A DNA stretch of 62,706 bases from Candidatus Woesearchaeota archaeon (GCA_964497265.1 CAZCCK010000005.1:1-62706); one strand, 5' to 3'. Shown: positions 38,005 through 47,909, counted from the first letter of the stretch. Numbers and translations: made by a program. The notes: generated from the sequence alone by a model not told the origin.

Positions 38005-39935
38005 AGAAAGTTTTCTTTCTTTTTCTCTTCTTACTCATTCCGCTTGTTCATGCGCAGAGTCAGGTGAATGATTATAACGATTATAAATCTTTGACCTTAG
38101 GTGTGGATTTTACCTCTCGTTTTGAGCTTGAGCAAGAAGCAGAAGGAAGAAGGGTGGATTTTGTGGTTGCGAATTTAAGCTTTTTTCCTCAGAATGATGT
38201 GAACTTAGATGTGGAAAAGTTGCAGGCGGTAAGTACTCCGCCAGCGCAGGTTTCTCAAACTCAAAATATGATCTCCTACCAGTGGCTTGAACCGCAAGAG
38301 CAGCGTTTTAATTTTGGTTTTCGAAGTAAAGTGAAAGCAGAGAATGCGCTTGTAGCAGTTAAAGATAAAATTTTATTTCCGATTGATCCTGTTGAAGAAG
38401 AGTACACAAAGCCAACAGAGTTTATTGATATTAATCCGGGTATTAGACAGCAAGCGGCTCAGCTTGCTACTGGTGAAGATGATTTGTTCGTTGTCGCTTT
38501 CAAAGTTGGAGATTGGGTTGAGAAAAATGTAAAGTATGATCTTAACACGTTAACCGCGGATGTGGTAAAGCCTTCGAGTTGGGTGTTTCAATATAGAGAG
38601 GGTGTTTGTGATGAGTTAACAAATTTATTTTTATCAATGATGAGATCTTTAGGTGTTCCAGGCAGATTTGTTTCTGGTTTGGCGTATAGCAATATTGGTC
38701 ATCAATGGGGGCCTCACGGTTGGGCTGAATTATATTTTCCTAAAAAAGGGTGGGTTCCTTTTGATGTGACGTATGGGCAGTTAGGATGGGTTGATCCTAC
38801 GCATATTAAGTTGAAGGTTTCAGTGGATTCTGGTGATTCTTCTGTAAAGTATTTGTGGAGGGCGTTTGGAGTGAAGTTTAAATCTGAAAAAATTAATTTG
38901 ACTGCTTTTCTTCAGGATAGCCAAGGAAAAGTGGGTAGGCAAGCTGATTTTAGTATTCGGCCTTTAGTAAATAATGTGGGTCCTGGTTCGTATGTTCCTC
39001 TTGAAATCACGATAACGAGTCAAAAAGAATATTATCTTCCTGAGTCTTTTGTTATGACGAAAGCTCCAGAGTTAACTGAGAAAAATGTCAAGCGAGTTTT
39101 ACTTAAGCCTCAAGGCACTGGGCATGTTTATTGGACTGCGATTCTTCCAAAGGATGCGGATCCTGGTTTTGCGTATACTACTTTTTTAGAAGTGGAGGAT
39201 TTTTTTCATTCAGTGGCAAGTGCGAATATTTCCTATTCTCGTTCTGGGAAGGTGTATAGTAAGCAAGAGGCTAATACCTTAATTTCGGTGAATGAAAACA
39301 GTCAAGAAGATTTGACGAGTTCGGATTTAGTTTTAAGTTGTAAGGGTCCGGATTATATGTTTTCTTATGAGCGTGCTCAGGCTTCTTGTTCTCTTCAGAA
39401 TCGGGGTAAAGATGAATTAAATGATGTTCAAATCTGTAGAGCTTCAGAATGTAGAACAGTCTCTTTGGGTGTTGGCCAAGAAAGAACGGTGAATATTTCT
39501 TTAGGCGAGTTAAAGGTTGGGTTGAATCGAGTAGGGTTTACTGCTCAGGCGACAGGTATGTCTGCAAGAGATGATTTGTTGGTGAATGTTTTGCAAAGTC
39601 CGGATTTAGTGTTAACCGGAATCAATGTTCCGCAGGCGGTCAATTATGATGAGAATTTCAACGTATCTTTTATTTTGTCTGTGAAAGTGCCTGTTCAGAA
39701 TGTTGAGATATTTATTAACAATCATTCTGTGACAACGATTCCCAATTTAGAAAGTTCAAAGAAAGTAATTATTACGGGTTTTGCGAGTGATTATGTAAGA
39801 AGGAAAGCGGCTGATATTCATATTCATTTTAATGATGAGAATGGAAAAGAGTATGATTTCTTAAGAAGTGTTCCGGTTAGTGTTGAGAACGTTCCTTGGT
39901 TCATTCAAGCTTTGATGTGGTTACGAATTATCTAG
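38001..39935 (+). CDS. secreted transglutaminase-like protein
   Basis: Signal peptide MKKVFFLFLFLLIPLVHA. Cys-His-Asp core (EGVCDELTNLF, HGWAELYF, WVPFDVT). Beta-rich CARDB-like C-terminus. Has a 4-nt ATGA overlap with the DHH gene. Confidence 0.8.
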   Translation: MKKVFFLFLFLLIPLVHAQSQVNDYNDYKSLTLGVDFTSRFELEQEAEGRRVDFVVANLSFFPQNDVNLDVEKLQAVSTPPAQVSQTQNMISYQWLEPQEQRFNFGFRSKVKAENALVAVKDKILFPIDPVEEEYTKPTEFIDINPGIRQQAAQLATGEDDLFVVAFKVGDWVEKNVKYDLNTLTADVVKPSSWVFQYREGVCDELTNLFLSMMRSLGVPGRFVSGLAYSNIGHQWGPHGWAELYFPKKGWVPFDVTYGQLGWVDPTHIKLKVSVDSGDSSVKYLWRAFGVKFKSEKINLTAFLQDSQGKVGRQADFSIRPLVNNVGPGSYVPLEITITSQKEYYLPESFVMTKAPELTEKNVKRVLLKPQGTGHVYWTAILPKDADPGFAYTTFLEVEDFFHSVASANISYSRSGKVYSKQEANTLISVNENSQEDLTSSDLVLSCKGPDYMFSYERAQASCSLQNRGKDELNDVQICRASECRTVSLGVGQERTVNISLGELKVGLNRVGFTAQATGMSARDDLLVNVLQSPDLVLTGINVPQAVNYDENFNVSFILSVKVPVQNVEIFINNHSVTTIPNLESSKKVIITGFASDYVRRKAADIHIHFNDENGKEYDFLRSVPVSVENVPWFIQALMWLRII

Positions 39936-40892
39936 AATATTGATATTCATTCCTTTTTTATTGATGATTTTGTGTTCTTCTAAGAGTTGTTTAAATTCAG
40001 GTGTGGTTTGGCTTAATTTTTTTACGACGTTCCCTTCAAGGTATTCTGGATCGACGTATCCAAATTTTTTTACAAGAATTGTGGGCTTTTTTTCGTCTTG
40101 GGTAAATTCTTTTTGGAGTAGAAGTGCTAAGTATCTCTTGCTTTCCAAGTCTTGACTCTTGTCGATTTTGTTAAGAACGTATTCTTCGTTTTTGAAAAGG
40201 TCTCTTTTCTGAATGGTTCCTTGTTTTAATGCTTGGGTAATCATTTGTGAGGCGAGGTGGTAGCGGATCATGGATTGGCGTCCTCCTCTGTGTTCGGTTT
40301 GGCATTTGAGGTAGTAATTGCTAAATTGTTCTGCGCTTTTTTTGTCTGTAAAGACGATTTTTCCTCCAACAGCCTGCAGTTTTGTGCCTAGTTCTTGTGC
40401 TGCTTTTTGTTCTGCTAGATCGTGGTAGACCTCTCGTAAGGTGTAGTCGATTCTGTCTGCGCAGAGTGCGGGGCTTGGTTGTTCTAAGAGGGTGAAATTT
40501 CTTATTTCGCTGATTTGAACTGTTTTGAATCCGTGTTCTTTTAAAATTTCAGCGATTTCTGATTGTTGGAGAATGTCTTGGTGAATCAGGTCTTGGTAGT
40601 TTGCTTGGTTTTCTGTAAAGACAAAGTCGATGATGTGTCCAAAAGCGGTGTGGGAGATATCGTGCAAAAGTCCTGCAGCTTGTTCTTCTATGCTTGCTCC
40701 GAGTTTTCGTAAGAGGAGCATGACTCCTATTGAGTGTTCTTTTCTGCTAAATCCTACTTTATGATAGTAGGGTTTTGGGAGGCCGTATTGGTTGAGTTTT
40801 TCTAAACGTTGGAAGGGTCGTGAGTAGAGGAGGTCTAAGAGGAGTGGTTCTCGAATGTTAAGTGTTCCGTAGACAGGGTCTTTAAGTTCCAT
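39921..40892 (-). CDS. HD-domain phosphohydrolase (COG1078 / SAMHD1-like family)
   Basis: EHSIGVMLL and GLLHDISHTAFGH. ATG at 40892 is preferred over TTG at 40901. Confidence 0.8.
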   Translation of the reverse strand: MELKDPVYGTLNIREPLLLDLLYSRPFQRLEKLNQYGLPKPYYHKVGFSRKEHSIGVMLLLRKLGASIEEQAAGLLHDISHTAFGHIIDFVFTENQANYQDLIHQDILQQSEIAEILKEHGFKTVQISEIRNFTLLEQPSPALCADRIDYTLREVYHDLAEQKAAQELGTKLQAVGGKIVFTDKKSAEQFSNYYLKCQTEHRGGRQSMIRYHLASQMITQALKQGTIQKRDLFKNEEYVLNKIDKSQDLESKRYLALLLQKEFTQDEKKPTILVKKFGYVDPEYLEGNVVKKLSQTTPEFKQLLEEHKIINKKGMNINILDNS

Positions 40893-40975
40893 GTAAAGCA
40901 AGAGTGATTTTGTTTTAAAAGGATTTGTATTTTTTAAAGAAAGTTTTATAGGTGTAGAAGTGAAAGAAATTTTAT

Positions 40976-41482
40976 TTAAGTCCAGATGCCTAGGTGTTGT
41001 TCTTGTGCGTGCGCTTGAGCTTCTTTAAAGAGATTGCAATAGCGAACATTTGGAGAAATTCGATCTAGTTCGGCATATCCATTAAAGACGCTGTCATAAT
41101 TAATTAAATGGTTGTCTTGAGCATCCCGAACATAGCGCAGTAATCTTCCATATTTATCTGTTTCAGAAACATCTTTCTCTAAAAGAATTTCTTTATTCAA
41201 AACTTCTTGTTTCATGTAGTCTGTTGCTTGGGTGTAATAGAATTGTCCCTTTTCTGGAGTGTTGATACAAATAAGGCGTACTTTTCTTCCGTCTTGTAAA
41301 ACGATAGTATCTCCATCGATAACTCGGCTAACGAAAGCTTTTTCGTAATTATCTTGAAGGATGGTTTTCCCTGTATCTTTGACTTCTGGATAGAACAGAT
41401 AGCTTCCGAGTAATAAAATAAGGGTTAGTAGGATCTTCCAAAATAGGTTTCTGCTTTTGCCGCTCTTTCGCAATGGAAACAC
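40976..41482 (-). CDS. membrane-anchored thermonuclease (staphylococcal nuclease homolog)
   Basis: N-terminal TM FWKILLTLILLLGSYLF. SNase motifs VIDGDTIVLQDGRKVRLICINTPE and YGRLLRYV, ending in GIWT. Confidence 0.8.
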   Translation of the reverse strand: MFPLRKSGKSRNLFWKILLTLILLLGSYLFYPEVKDTGKTILQDNYEKAFVSRVIDGDTIVLQDGRKVRLICINTPEKGQFYYTQATDYMKQEVLNKEILLEKDVSETDKYGRLLRYVRDAQDNHLINYDSVFNGYAELDRISPNVRYCNLFKEAQAHAQEQHLGIWT

Positions 41483-42867
41483 CTCTGATTAAGTTTTTTT
41501 TGTTCAAACGGGATGGTGAGTGATTTTGCTCCTTCGATTTTGTTTTTTAGTTCTGTTTCGCATTCTGGTTCTGTGCACCAAGGAGCGAAAGCGATTTTTT
41601 TATTTTCAAGCGCTCTTTTAAAGTCTTCAAATTCTGAAACGCTTTGTACTGTTTCTTTTAAGAATTGTTCTGCCTTTTGATACATCTCTTGTTGCATGAG
41701 AGAAAGGGTTTCTTCTACTTTCTTCTTTAATTCGTTTAATTTGATAAATTCTTTTTTTCCTGTATCTCTTCTTACCAAGACTGCTTGCTCTTTTTCTAGA
41801 TCTTTAGGTCCTAATTCGATACGTAAAGGTATTCCTTTGAGTTCCCATTCATTGTATTTCCAGCCAGGAGTGTAATCTGTTCGGTCATCTAAAAATACGT
41901 TAAACGTTTTGAGTGTTTTTTCAAGTTCTTTGCATTTTTTTAAGACTGCCTCTTTAGTTTGATCAAAGAGAATCGGTACGATAACCGCTTTGTGTTCTGC
42001 TACGCTTGGAGGTAATACTAATCCTTTGTTGTCAGAGTGGATCATGATCATGATTCCAAGGGAGCGAGTGCTAAATCCCCACGAGTTTTGGTAGACGTAC
42101 TTTTTCTTTTCGTCTTTATCTAAAAATTGAATATCAAAAGCTTTTGAAAAATTCTGTCCTAAATGGTGGGAAGTGCAGGCTTGTGCTGCTTTTCCATTGG
42201 GTAAGACCGCTTCTAAGCTTAGGGAGTAGTCTGCTCCGGCGAATTTTTCTTTTTCTGATTTTTTACCTTGTAATGTAGGAATAGCTAAGAGTTCGGTGTA
42301 GCATTGAGAGTAGGTTTCTAGTCTGTCAAGTGCTTCTTGGTCTGCTTCTTTTTTTGTTGCAAAGGCAGAGTGACCTTCTTGCCAGAGAAATTCTCGCGCT
42401 CGTAAAAAAGCGACAGGATGTTTAAACTCCCATCTTAAGACGTTGCACCATTGATTAAGTAAAAGTGGTAAATCTTTGTGAGATCTAATCCATTTTGAGT
42501 AAGAGGCGTACATGATTGTTTCTGAAGTTGGTCTTATTGCAAGTCGCTCAGGTAGTTTTGTTTCTCCGGTTTGTGTGACCCAAGCTACTTCGGGAGAGAA
42601 GCCTTCAACGTGTTCTGTTTCTTTTTTGAGTAAGTTTTCTGGAATGAGGAGTGGGAAATAAACGTTTTGTACGCCTGCTTTTTTAAATTCTAAATCAAGA
42701 AAGCTTTGTATTTTTTCCCAGATAAAGTAAGAGCGTGGTCGAAGGATGTAGCATCCAGAAACGTCTGAGTATTCAATGAGTTCTGCTTTTTGTAAAATTT
42801 GAGTATACCATTCGGAGAAGTCTTTTTCTTTTGTGACTGTTAATCCTGTTTCTGTTTTTTCTTGCAT
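41425..42867 (-). CDS. proS: prolyl-tRNA synthetase, archaeal/eukaryotic type
   Basis: Class II core (RPTSETIMY, FLRAREFLWQEGHSAF, QNSWGFSTR). C-terminal zinc-binding domain ending in the conserved terminal Tyr. Confidence 0.95.
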   Translation of the reverse strand: MQEKTETGLTVTKEKDFSEWYTQILQKAELIEYSDVSGCYILRPRSYFIWEKIQSFLDLEFKKAGVQNVYFPLLIPENLLKKETEHVEGFSPEVAWVTQTGETKLPERLAIRPTSETIMYASYSKWIRSHKDLPLLLNQWCNVLRWEFKHPVAFLRAREFLWQEGHSAFATKKEADQEALDRLETYSQCYTELLAIPTLQGKKSEKEKFAGADYSLSLEAVLPNGKAAQACTSHHLGQNFSKAFDIQFLDKDEKKKYVYQNSWGFSTRSLGIMIMIHSDNKGLVLPPSVAEHKAVIVPILFDQTKEAVLKKCKELEKTLKTFNVFLDDRTDYTPGWKYNEWELKGIPLRIELGPKDLEKEQAVLVRRDTGKKEFIKLNELKKKVEETLSLMQQEMYQKAEQFLKETVQSVSEFEDFKRALENKKIAFAPWCTEPECETELKNKIEGAKSLTIPFEQKKLNQRCFHCERAAKAETYFGRSY

Positions 42868-42903
42868 AAAGTAGAACTTAGCTTAGGATATTTAAAAGTA
42901 TCT

Positions 42904-45900
42904 TCATCTAATAGTTTGTTTGAGTTTGTCTAAAAGTCTGAAAGCTAGTCTTGAAAGTGTTGCTCGATTAATTTTGTAGATTGGTGCTGCTCGTTCTGTG
43001 GGTGTCGTTTCTTTAGCAACGTTTTCAGGTACTAAGAGTTGTTCTGGTGAAGGAGCTATTTGTTCTGGTGTGTTGATGAAGCGTGTTTCTCTAGTAGAGC
43101 CCATGTCTCGTTCTCCCCAGATTTGACCGTCCATTCCGTTTGTTTCAAAGACGATCTCATTGTCTGCGATGTTTTGAAAAGGGTAAGGGTGTTTGTAATC
43201 TGAAGGTGCGTAGATTTTTGCTGAGTCTGCGTTTCCGTAGCTGAAGATGATTACTCGGTCAATGCCTTTTGGTATGAAGAAGTATCCTAAGCCTGTTCCT
43301 GCAGCTGTGCCACCCATACGTATTGGGTTGACTGCGACAAAAGGGGTTTCTGAAGGGACGTTAAATCCGTATCCGTAAGCAGATCCGTCATAATCAATAT
43401 GGTAATCTCCTTTTGGAAGTTTAGGAACCGTAACTTTACCTATCTTTGTTCCTGGAAGGAGGGCAACGGTAGTAGAGTAAACAATCTCGCCATCAACTGT
43501 GCTTACTTTAAGGCCTGTGTTATCTAGGGAAGTGCGAATTTCGAAGGAGGTTTCTTTTTCTCCGTTTGTGTAGAATTCAAAGTCGCCTGTTCCTTTGTAG
43601 ACTTGGGTGAAGTAGGTTTGTCCTGGTGTTGGGGGAACTAAATTTAAAGGAACGAGCTTGTCTGAGTAATCAAAGGTTTGTAAAGGAATGTATTGATATT
43701 TTGCTGCTCCTTCTTTCATGAGTTGGTCAAGTTCTTCATTCGTTGGTGTTGCAAGGTAAGTTGGATTGTAGATATCTGGATTTTTGTTTTGAATGTCCCA
43801 TTTTTTAACAAGCGATTTGTCTGCTGAAGGGTCTATTCCAATATCTGAAAGAACGCTTCTATAGAGTTGATAAGAGTGAATCATTGCACTTGCGTCTATT
43901 CTCCAGATGTAGCGTAAGAGTGCTTCTGTTGCTACGGTTTTTTCAGCAGTTCCTTTTTTGCTAGTAACATATTCGTAGTGGAGTCGTAAATAATTCAAGT
44001 AAAGTTTGTAGTCGTTGATGCGAGCTTGTATTGCTGGGTCTTTTGCTGTTTTTGCTAGAGCGTCTGCTTCGAGAATATCATGGTAAGAGGCGCCAAGTTC
44101 ATAGTTCATAAGTAAGAATTTTTTGTTCCAGCGGGTGAGCATGCGTTTCATTGGTTCTTTTGCAGGTCCAAATGAATTTTCATAGAATTCTTCCATCAAA
44201 GCATTGGTATCTGTATCCTGATCCCAAGCGAGTTTGCTTGCGCTGTACATGATTGTTCCGATTGCTCCGCTGCTGTAGGTGCTTTCTAAGCCGATGGATT
44301 CAAGATCGTTTTGTTCCCAAGTGCGAAATTCATCAATGGAGCGATCGTAGCTGAGTAAAGGTAAGCTACGTGAGCTTGTTGTGATTGCCCAATAATCGTA
44401 TCCTCCGAGTTTTATTTTTCCATTCGGGTTGGTGTCTGATTTTTGTTTCCATGCTTTGACTGATTTTTCTCCAGGTTGGGCGATTTTAACAAGGATGTTT
44501 TTTTCCAAAGGAATTGTTGGAACGCTTGAGTGGCTGCTGTAGGCGTAGAGGCTTACGTATTTGCCTGGATCTCTCCTGTTGGTTTCTTTTGCGATTTGGT
44601 TTGCGAAGTGAAAGACTCGGTCGCTAGTGGAGCTGTCTTTATCTTGGTGGGGTAAGTAAGGACCGTTTCGTAGTAAGTCTTTTGCTTTTTGGCTTTCATC
44701 TTCTGCGCTTCCGTCTGAGGGTTCTATGCTAAAGCCCCAGGCGTTAAGTCCTTCTGGATTGATTTTGATCCATTTTTCCAGGTTTGCGATTTTACTGTCT
44801 GCGAAGAATTTGATAATGCCGCCGTAGGTGCTGTAATCTGTTTTGTCTTCACAAAATTGTTCAGCTTCTTGATCGAAGGGATAGGTAAGGAGGAGGTTTG
44901 TTGTGTCTACCGAGACATGATTGAAGAGTTGGCCGATTTCTGCGCCAGTGAGGCTTCTTTGGTAAACTTGTACTTCATCGATCAGGCCGTTATATCCGTC
45001 TTTTCTGTCTTCGTCTTGTGCAATCCAGAAGTCTGTTTGTCTTTGCAGGTCAAAGATTCCTGCTTCTTGGTGGGTGTTTTGGAGTTTTCCATTGATGTAA
45101 AGTTGGGTTTGGGTTGTTAGGCTTGCGCTATTTACTGTTCTTACGACTGCGATGTGTGTCCATTCGTTCGATAAATCGCTGGTGCTAATGGTATTTACGT
45201 TTTTTAGAGTTTTATCTGTGTTTTTTGTTCCGTCTGTCTGAATAACAATTATCTTTTTACCGGGTGTAGAGAGAGTTTGGTCTTTGCTAAGGTAGGCTGC
45301 GAATTGTTTTTCAGGTGTTTCTTTATAGCCAAAAATAAAGCTATTTTGTACATTCGTTGTTTTTATCCAAGCAGACAGGGTAAGGTCGCCTTTGAAGGTT
45401 TTGTAAAGTCCGACTGTTGCTTGTCCGGCGATGGCGCTTTTCCCATCAAACGAGTAAGCTTGTCCGTATTTTCCTACAGTGACGCTCGGTGTTCCCAAGA
45501 CTTGACCGTGGTGGTTTTTTCCTGAGGTGTCTTTTGTTTCTGCGTAGGTAAGCATTGCTTGAGGGGATTTGCAGTCTATCTTACCGTTGTAAGTATAATC
45601 ATATTTTTGGTTGCAGATTTCGCCTAAACATTTATCCCAGAGTTTTTGTCTAACTCCATTAATCTCAGCAAAATAAAGCGGATCTTTTCGTAATTCTGTT
45701 TGGTAATTCAAGTTGAATACTTCGAAGCTGTGTCCACCTGGATGGTATTCGTCTGGGAATTGGTTTCTTCTAAACCATTGACCCCAACGTGAGACGGGGT
45801 TTGCGTCTTCGCTTAATCCTGGCGGTGCGCTGCCAAATCCTCCTGTTCCAAAGAAGGAGAAGGAAACTACTTTTGGCTGTCTGATTTGGTTTAGTGGTAA

Positions 45901-46428
45901 GCGGATGTCTGTTTTTTTTGGTGTGATTGTCCAGTGTTCGTTAGGAAAGTACCAGCGCATTCCGAGTTGTTCTAGATAATAGTAGATTCCGTGTTCTAGT
46001 CCTCCTTCACTGTTGCTGACGATCCAGAGTTGATCGTTAATGCTGGTGATGAGAAATGTTTCTTTTGTTTTTGATTTTAATGTTGGAATTTGAGTTTTTA
46101 CTGTGCTTGGTGCTTTATCGAGAAGGGGGGAGGTTGTTCGTAAGAGGTAAATTGCTTGAGTGCAAGAAGGAGTGTTTTTGAGGGTGAAGGATTGGCTGGT
46201 AATTTTTTGCAAAGTGGAAAGAACATCTTGGTTAAGCGTAGTAAGTAGGTCTTTGCTTGTGCTTGCATCTACAATGAGTTGTTTTCCGTAAAAGTTTGGT
46301 TGGCAGGAGTCAAGTGTTTGTTCTCCTGTAGGTGTTTGAAGAGAAGTGAAGACGAGTATTCCTCCAAGAAAAATGAGTATAACCAAGAGGGAAGAAAGAA
46401 GTGGTGTCTTAAGATCCCTCTTTTGCAT
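42904..46428 (-). CDS. large membrane-anchored extracellular protein, DUF4838/glycosidase-like with LamG (concanavalin-like) insertion
   Basis: N-terminal TM LLSSLLVILIFLGGILVF. GIYYYLEQLGMRWYFP and DPLYFAEINGVR resemble DUF4838-type proteins. The LamG_3 pattern runs from LTLSAWIKT to GLIDEVQVYQRSLTGAEIGQLF (aa ~295-505). Confidence 0.7.
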   Translation of the reverse strand: MQKRDLKTPLLSSLLVILIFLGGILVFTSLQTPTGEQTLDSCQPNFYGKQLIVDASTSKDLLTTLNQDVLSTLQKITSQSFTLKNTPSCTQAIYLLRTTSPLLDKAPSTVKTQIPTLKSKTKETFLITSINDQLWIVSNSEGGLEHGIYYYLEQLGMRWYFPNEHWTITPKKTDIRLPLNQIRQPKVVSFSFFGTGGFGSAPPGLSEDANPVSRWGQWFRRNQFPDEYHPGGHSFEVFNLNYQTELRKDPLYFAEINGVRQKLWDKCLGEICNQKYDYTYNGKIDCKSPQAMLTYAETKDTSGKNHHGQVLGTPSVTVGKYGQAYSFDGKSAIAGQATVGLYKTFKGDLTLSAWIKTTNVQNSFIFGYKETPEKQFAAYLSKDQTLSTPGKKIIVIQTDGTKNTDKTLKNVNTISTSDLSNEWTHIAVVRTVNSASLTTQTQLYINGKLQNTHQEAGIFDLQRQTDFWIAQDEDRKDGYNGLIDEVQVYQRSLTGAEIGQLFNHVSVDTTNLLLTYPFDQEAEQFCEDKTDYSTYGGIIKFFADSKIANLEKWIKINPEGLNAWGFSIEPSDGSAEDESQKAKDLLRNGPYLPHQDKDSSTSDRVFHFANQIAKETNRRDPGKYVSLYAYSSHSSVPTIPLEKNILVKIAQPGEKSVKAWKQKSDTNPNGKIKLGGYDYWAITTSSRSLPLLSYDRSIDEFRTWEQNDLESIGLESTYSSGAIGTIMYSASKLAWDQDTDTNALMEEFYENSFGPAKEPMKRMLTRWNKKFLLMNYELGASYHDILEADALAKTAKDPAIQARINDYKLYLNYLRLHYEYVTSKKGTAEKTVATEALLRYIWRIDASAMIHSYQLYRSVLSDIGIDPSADKSLVKKWDIQNKNPDIYNPTYLATPTNEELDQLMKEGAAKYQYIPLQTFDYSDKLVPLNLVPPTPGQTYFTQVYKGTGDFEFYTNGEKETSFEIRTSLDNTGLKVSTVDGEIVYSTTVALLPGTKIGKVTVPKLPKGDYHIDYDGSAYGYGFNVPSETPFVAVNPIRMGGTAAGTGLGYFFIPKGIDRVIIFSYGNADSAKIYAPSDYKHPYPFQNIADNEIVFETNGMDGQIWGERDMGSTRETRFINTPEQIAPSPEQLLVPENVAKETTPTERAAPIYKINRATLSRLAFRLLDKLKQTIR

Positions 46429-46460
46429 AAAGGTTTTTCGGGCTCAGTTGTATTTAAAGT

Positions 46461-47171
46461 TTAGTTTTTTAGAGAGAAATAGATTCTTCTGTTTGTTTTT
46501 CCTTTGTTTTCGGTTGCGAGAAGAATAAGTCCTTTTATTTCTTGGATGTTGTGTACGTGTGTTCCTCCGTCTGCTTGAGTATCTATTCCTTCAATGGTAA
46601 CTATTCTTAGAGTAGGAATTTCTGGTGGAAGTGCTGCTGCGAGTTTGACTATTTCGGGATTTTTTAACGCTTCTTCCCTTTTGAGAGAGGAAATGGTGAT
46701 GTTTGCTCCTTGGTGGATGAGTGTGTTTGCTTTGTTAAAATATTCTTGAAGTTTTTCTTTGTCAAAATCTTCTAATGTAAAATCGATTCTTGATTGGTCA
46801 GTATTGAGTTGGTTGCCGCTGATAAGAATTTTTCCTTCTTTGTAAAGTATTCCCGAAAGAAGATGTGCTGCGCTGTGCATTCTCATAAGGGTGTATCTTC
46901 TTTGCCAGTCGATTTTACAAAAAACTTTATCTCCTGTTTTTAATCCTATTTTATCGATTTCATGCAAAATTTTTCCCTCCGCTTTTTTTACTGAAAGAAC
47001 GTTAAAAATTTGATTTTCTTTAGTTATGGTTCCTAAGTCAAAAGGTTGTCCTCCGCCTTGGGCATAAAAAATAGTTTTATTTAAAACTAAGAATTTTTCG
47101 TTTATAATTTCTGTAATAATTGCTTCTTGTTCTTGTAAGTAAGAATCTTGTAAATAGGTAAGTTCTGTCAT
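46461..47171 (-). CDS. alaX: alanyl-tRNA editing protein AlaX (AlaX-M type)
   Basis: HSAAHLL (HxxxH) and DGGTHV motifs of the Thr/Ala-tRNA synthetase editing domain. 236 aa. Confidence 0.85.
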   Translation of the reverse strand: MTELTYLQDSYLQEQEAIITEIINEKFLVLNKTIFYAQGGGQPFDLGTITKENQIFNVLSVKKAEGKILHEIDKIGLKTGDKVFCKIDWQRRYTLMRMHSAAHLLSGILYKEGKILISGNQLNTDQSRIDFTLEDFDKEKLQEYFNKANTLIHQGANITISSLKREEALKNPEIVKLAAALPPEIPTLRIVTIEGIDTQADGGTHVHNIQEIKGLILLATENKGKTNRRIYFSLKN

Positions 47172-47812
47172 AATACATGTTTTTTCTCAAGATCTGCGAG
47201 CCATTCTCTTAAAAATGCATCGAGAGAGTAAGGAGAACTAGCAAGGCGTGCTTTGTTAACTTCAGAATGTGTTTCTCCCCAATCGCAGATGAATAAAGAA
47301 GGTTGGTCATGTACTGCTCCGGTTGGAAGGGTATAATCTGAAATGAGGACTGCGGTTTCAACAGTGTATCCTTGATTACGAAAGGATGGAAGAAGAGTTT
47401 TGTTAAGAATTTCTGCCGCAGTTCCGTCTAGTGAGGGGCTAGGTCCATTTGTAATTCGTATTCTTTTGGCTTTACCCTCTTTTAATTTTTCTTTCCATTC
47501 TTCAGAAAGTGTGTTAAAGGGTTCATGGACTGTTTCTGCAGGAGTATAGGTCGTAGTTTGTGGTTTATAGTTAAGTTCTGTAAACCTAAAGGGGTTGACT
47601 CCCATAGTTTCATGTTGGCTAAGGTAATGAATCTGTTCTTGGGCGGTCATAGAGGGAGAAAAGAAATCGAATCTACCGTGGCGGAGGGTAATATCAAAGT
47701 AGACTGGGTTGACGGGAAAAGTTGTTAAAAGTTCATAGGCGAAATCTTGGCTTGGTTTGGGAATAACTAATCCTTCAACAGGTTTTCTTTGGGGGAAAGG
47801 GTTGTTAAGCAT
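47168..47812 (-). CDS. hypothetical protein (214 aa), translationally coupled to alaX
   Basis: Has a 4-nt overlap with the alaX start. No motif recognised. Confidence 0.55.
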   Translation of the reverse strand: MLNNPFPQRKPVEGLVIPKPSQDFAYELLTTFPVNPVYFDITLRHGRFDFFSPSMTAQEQIHYLSQHETMGVNPFRFTELNYKPQTTTYTPAETVHEPFNTLSEEWKEKLKEGKAKRIRITNGPSPSLDGTAAEILNKTLLPSFRNQGYTVETAVLISDYTLPTGAVHDQPSLFICDWGETHSEVNKARLASSPYSLDAFLREWLADLEKKHVL

Positions 47813-47909
47813 CTTTTTTTAAGAGGGAAAGACTATTTAAGTTTTATGAGGTGTCTAGCATAAGTTTTTTAAAGGAAGAGTTTTATCCAGAAAGAAAGGA
47901 GAAAAAAAA

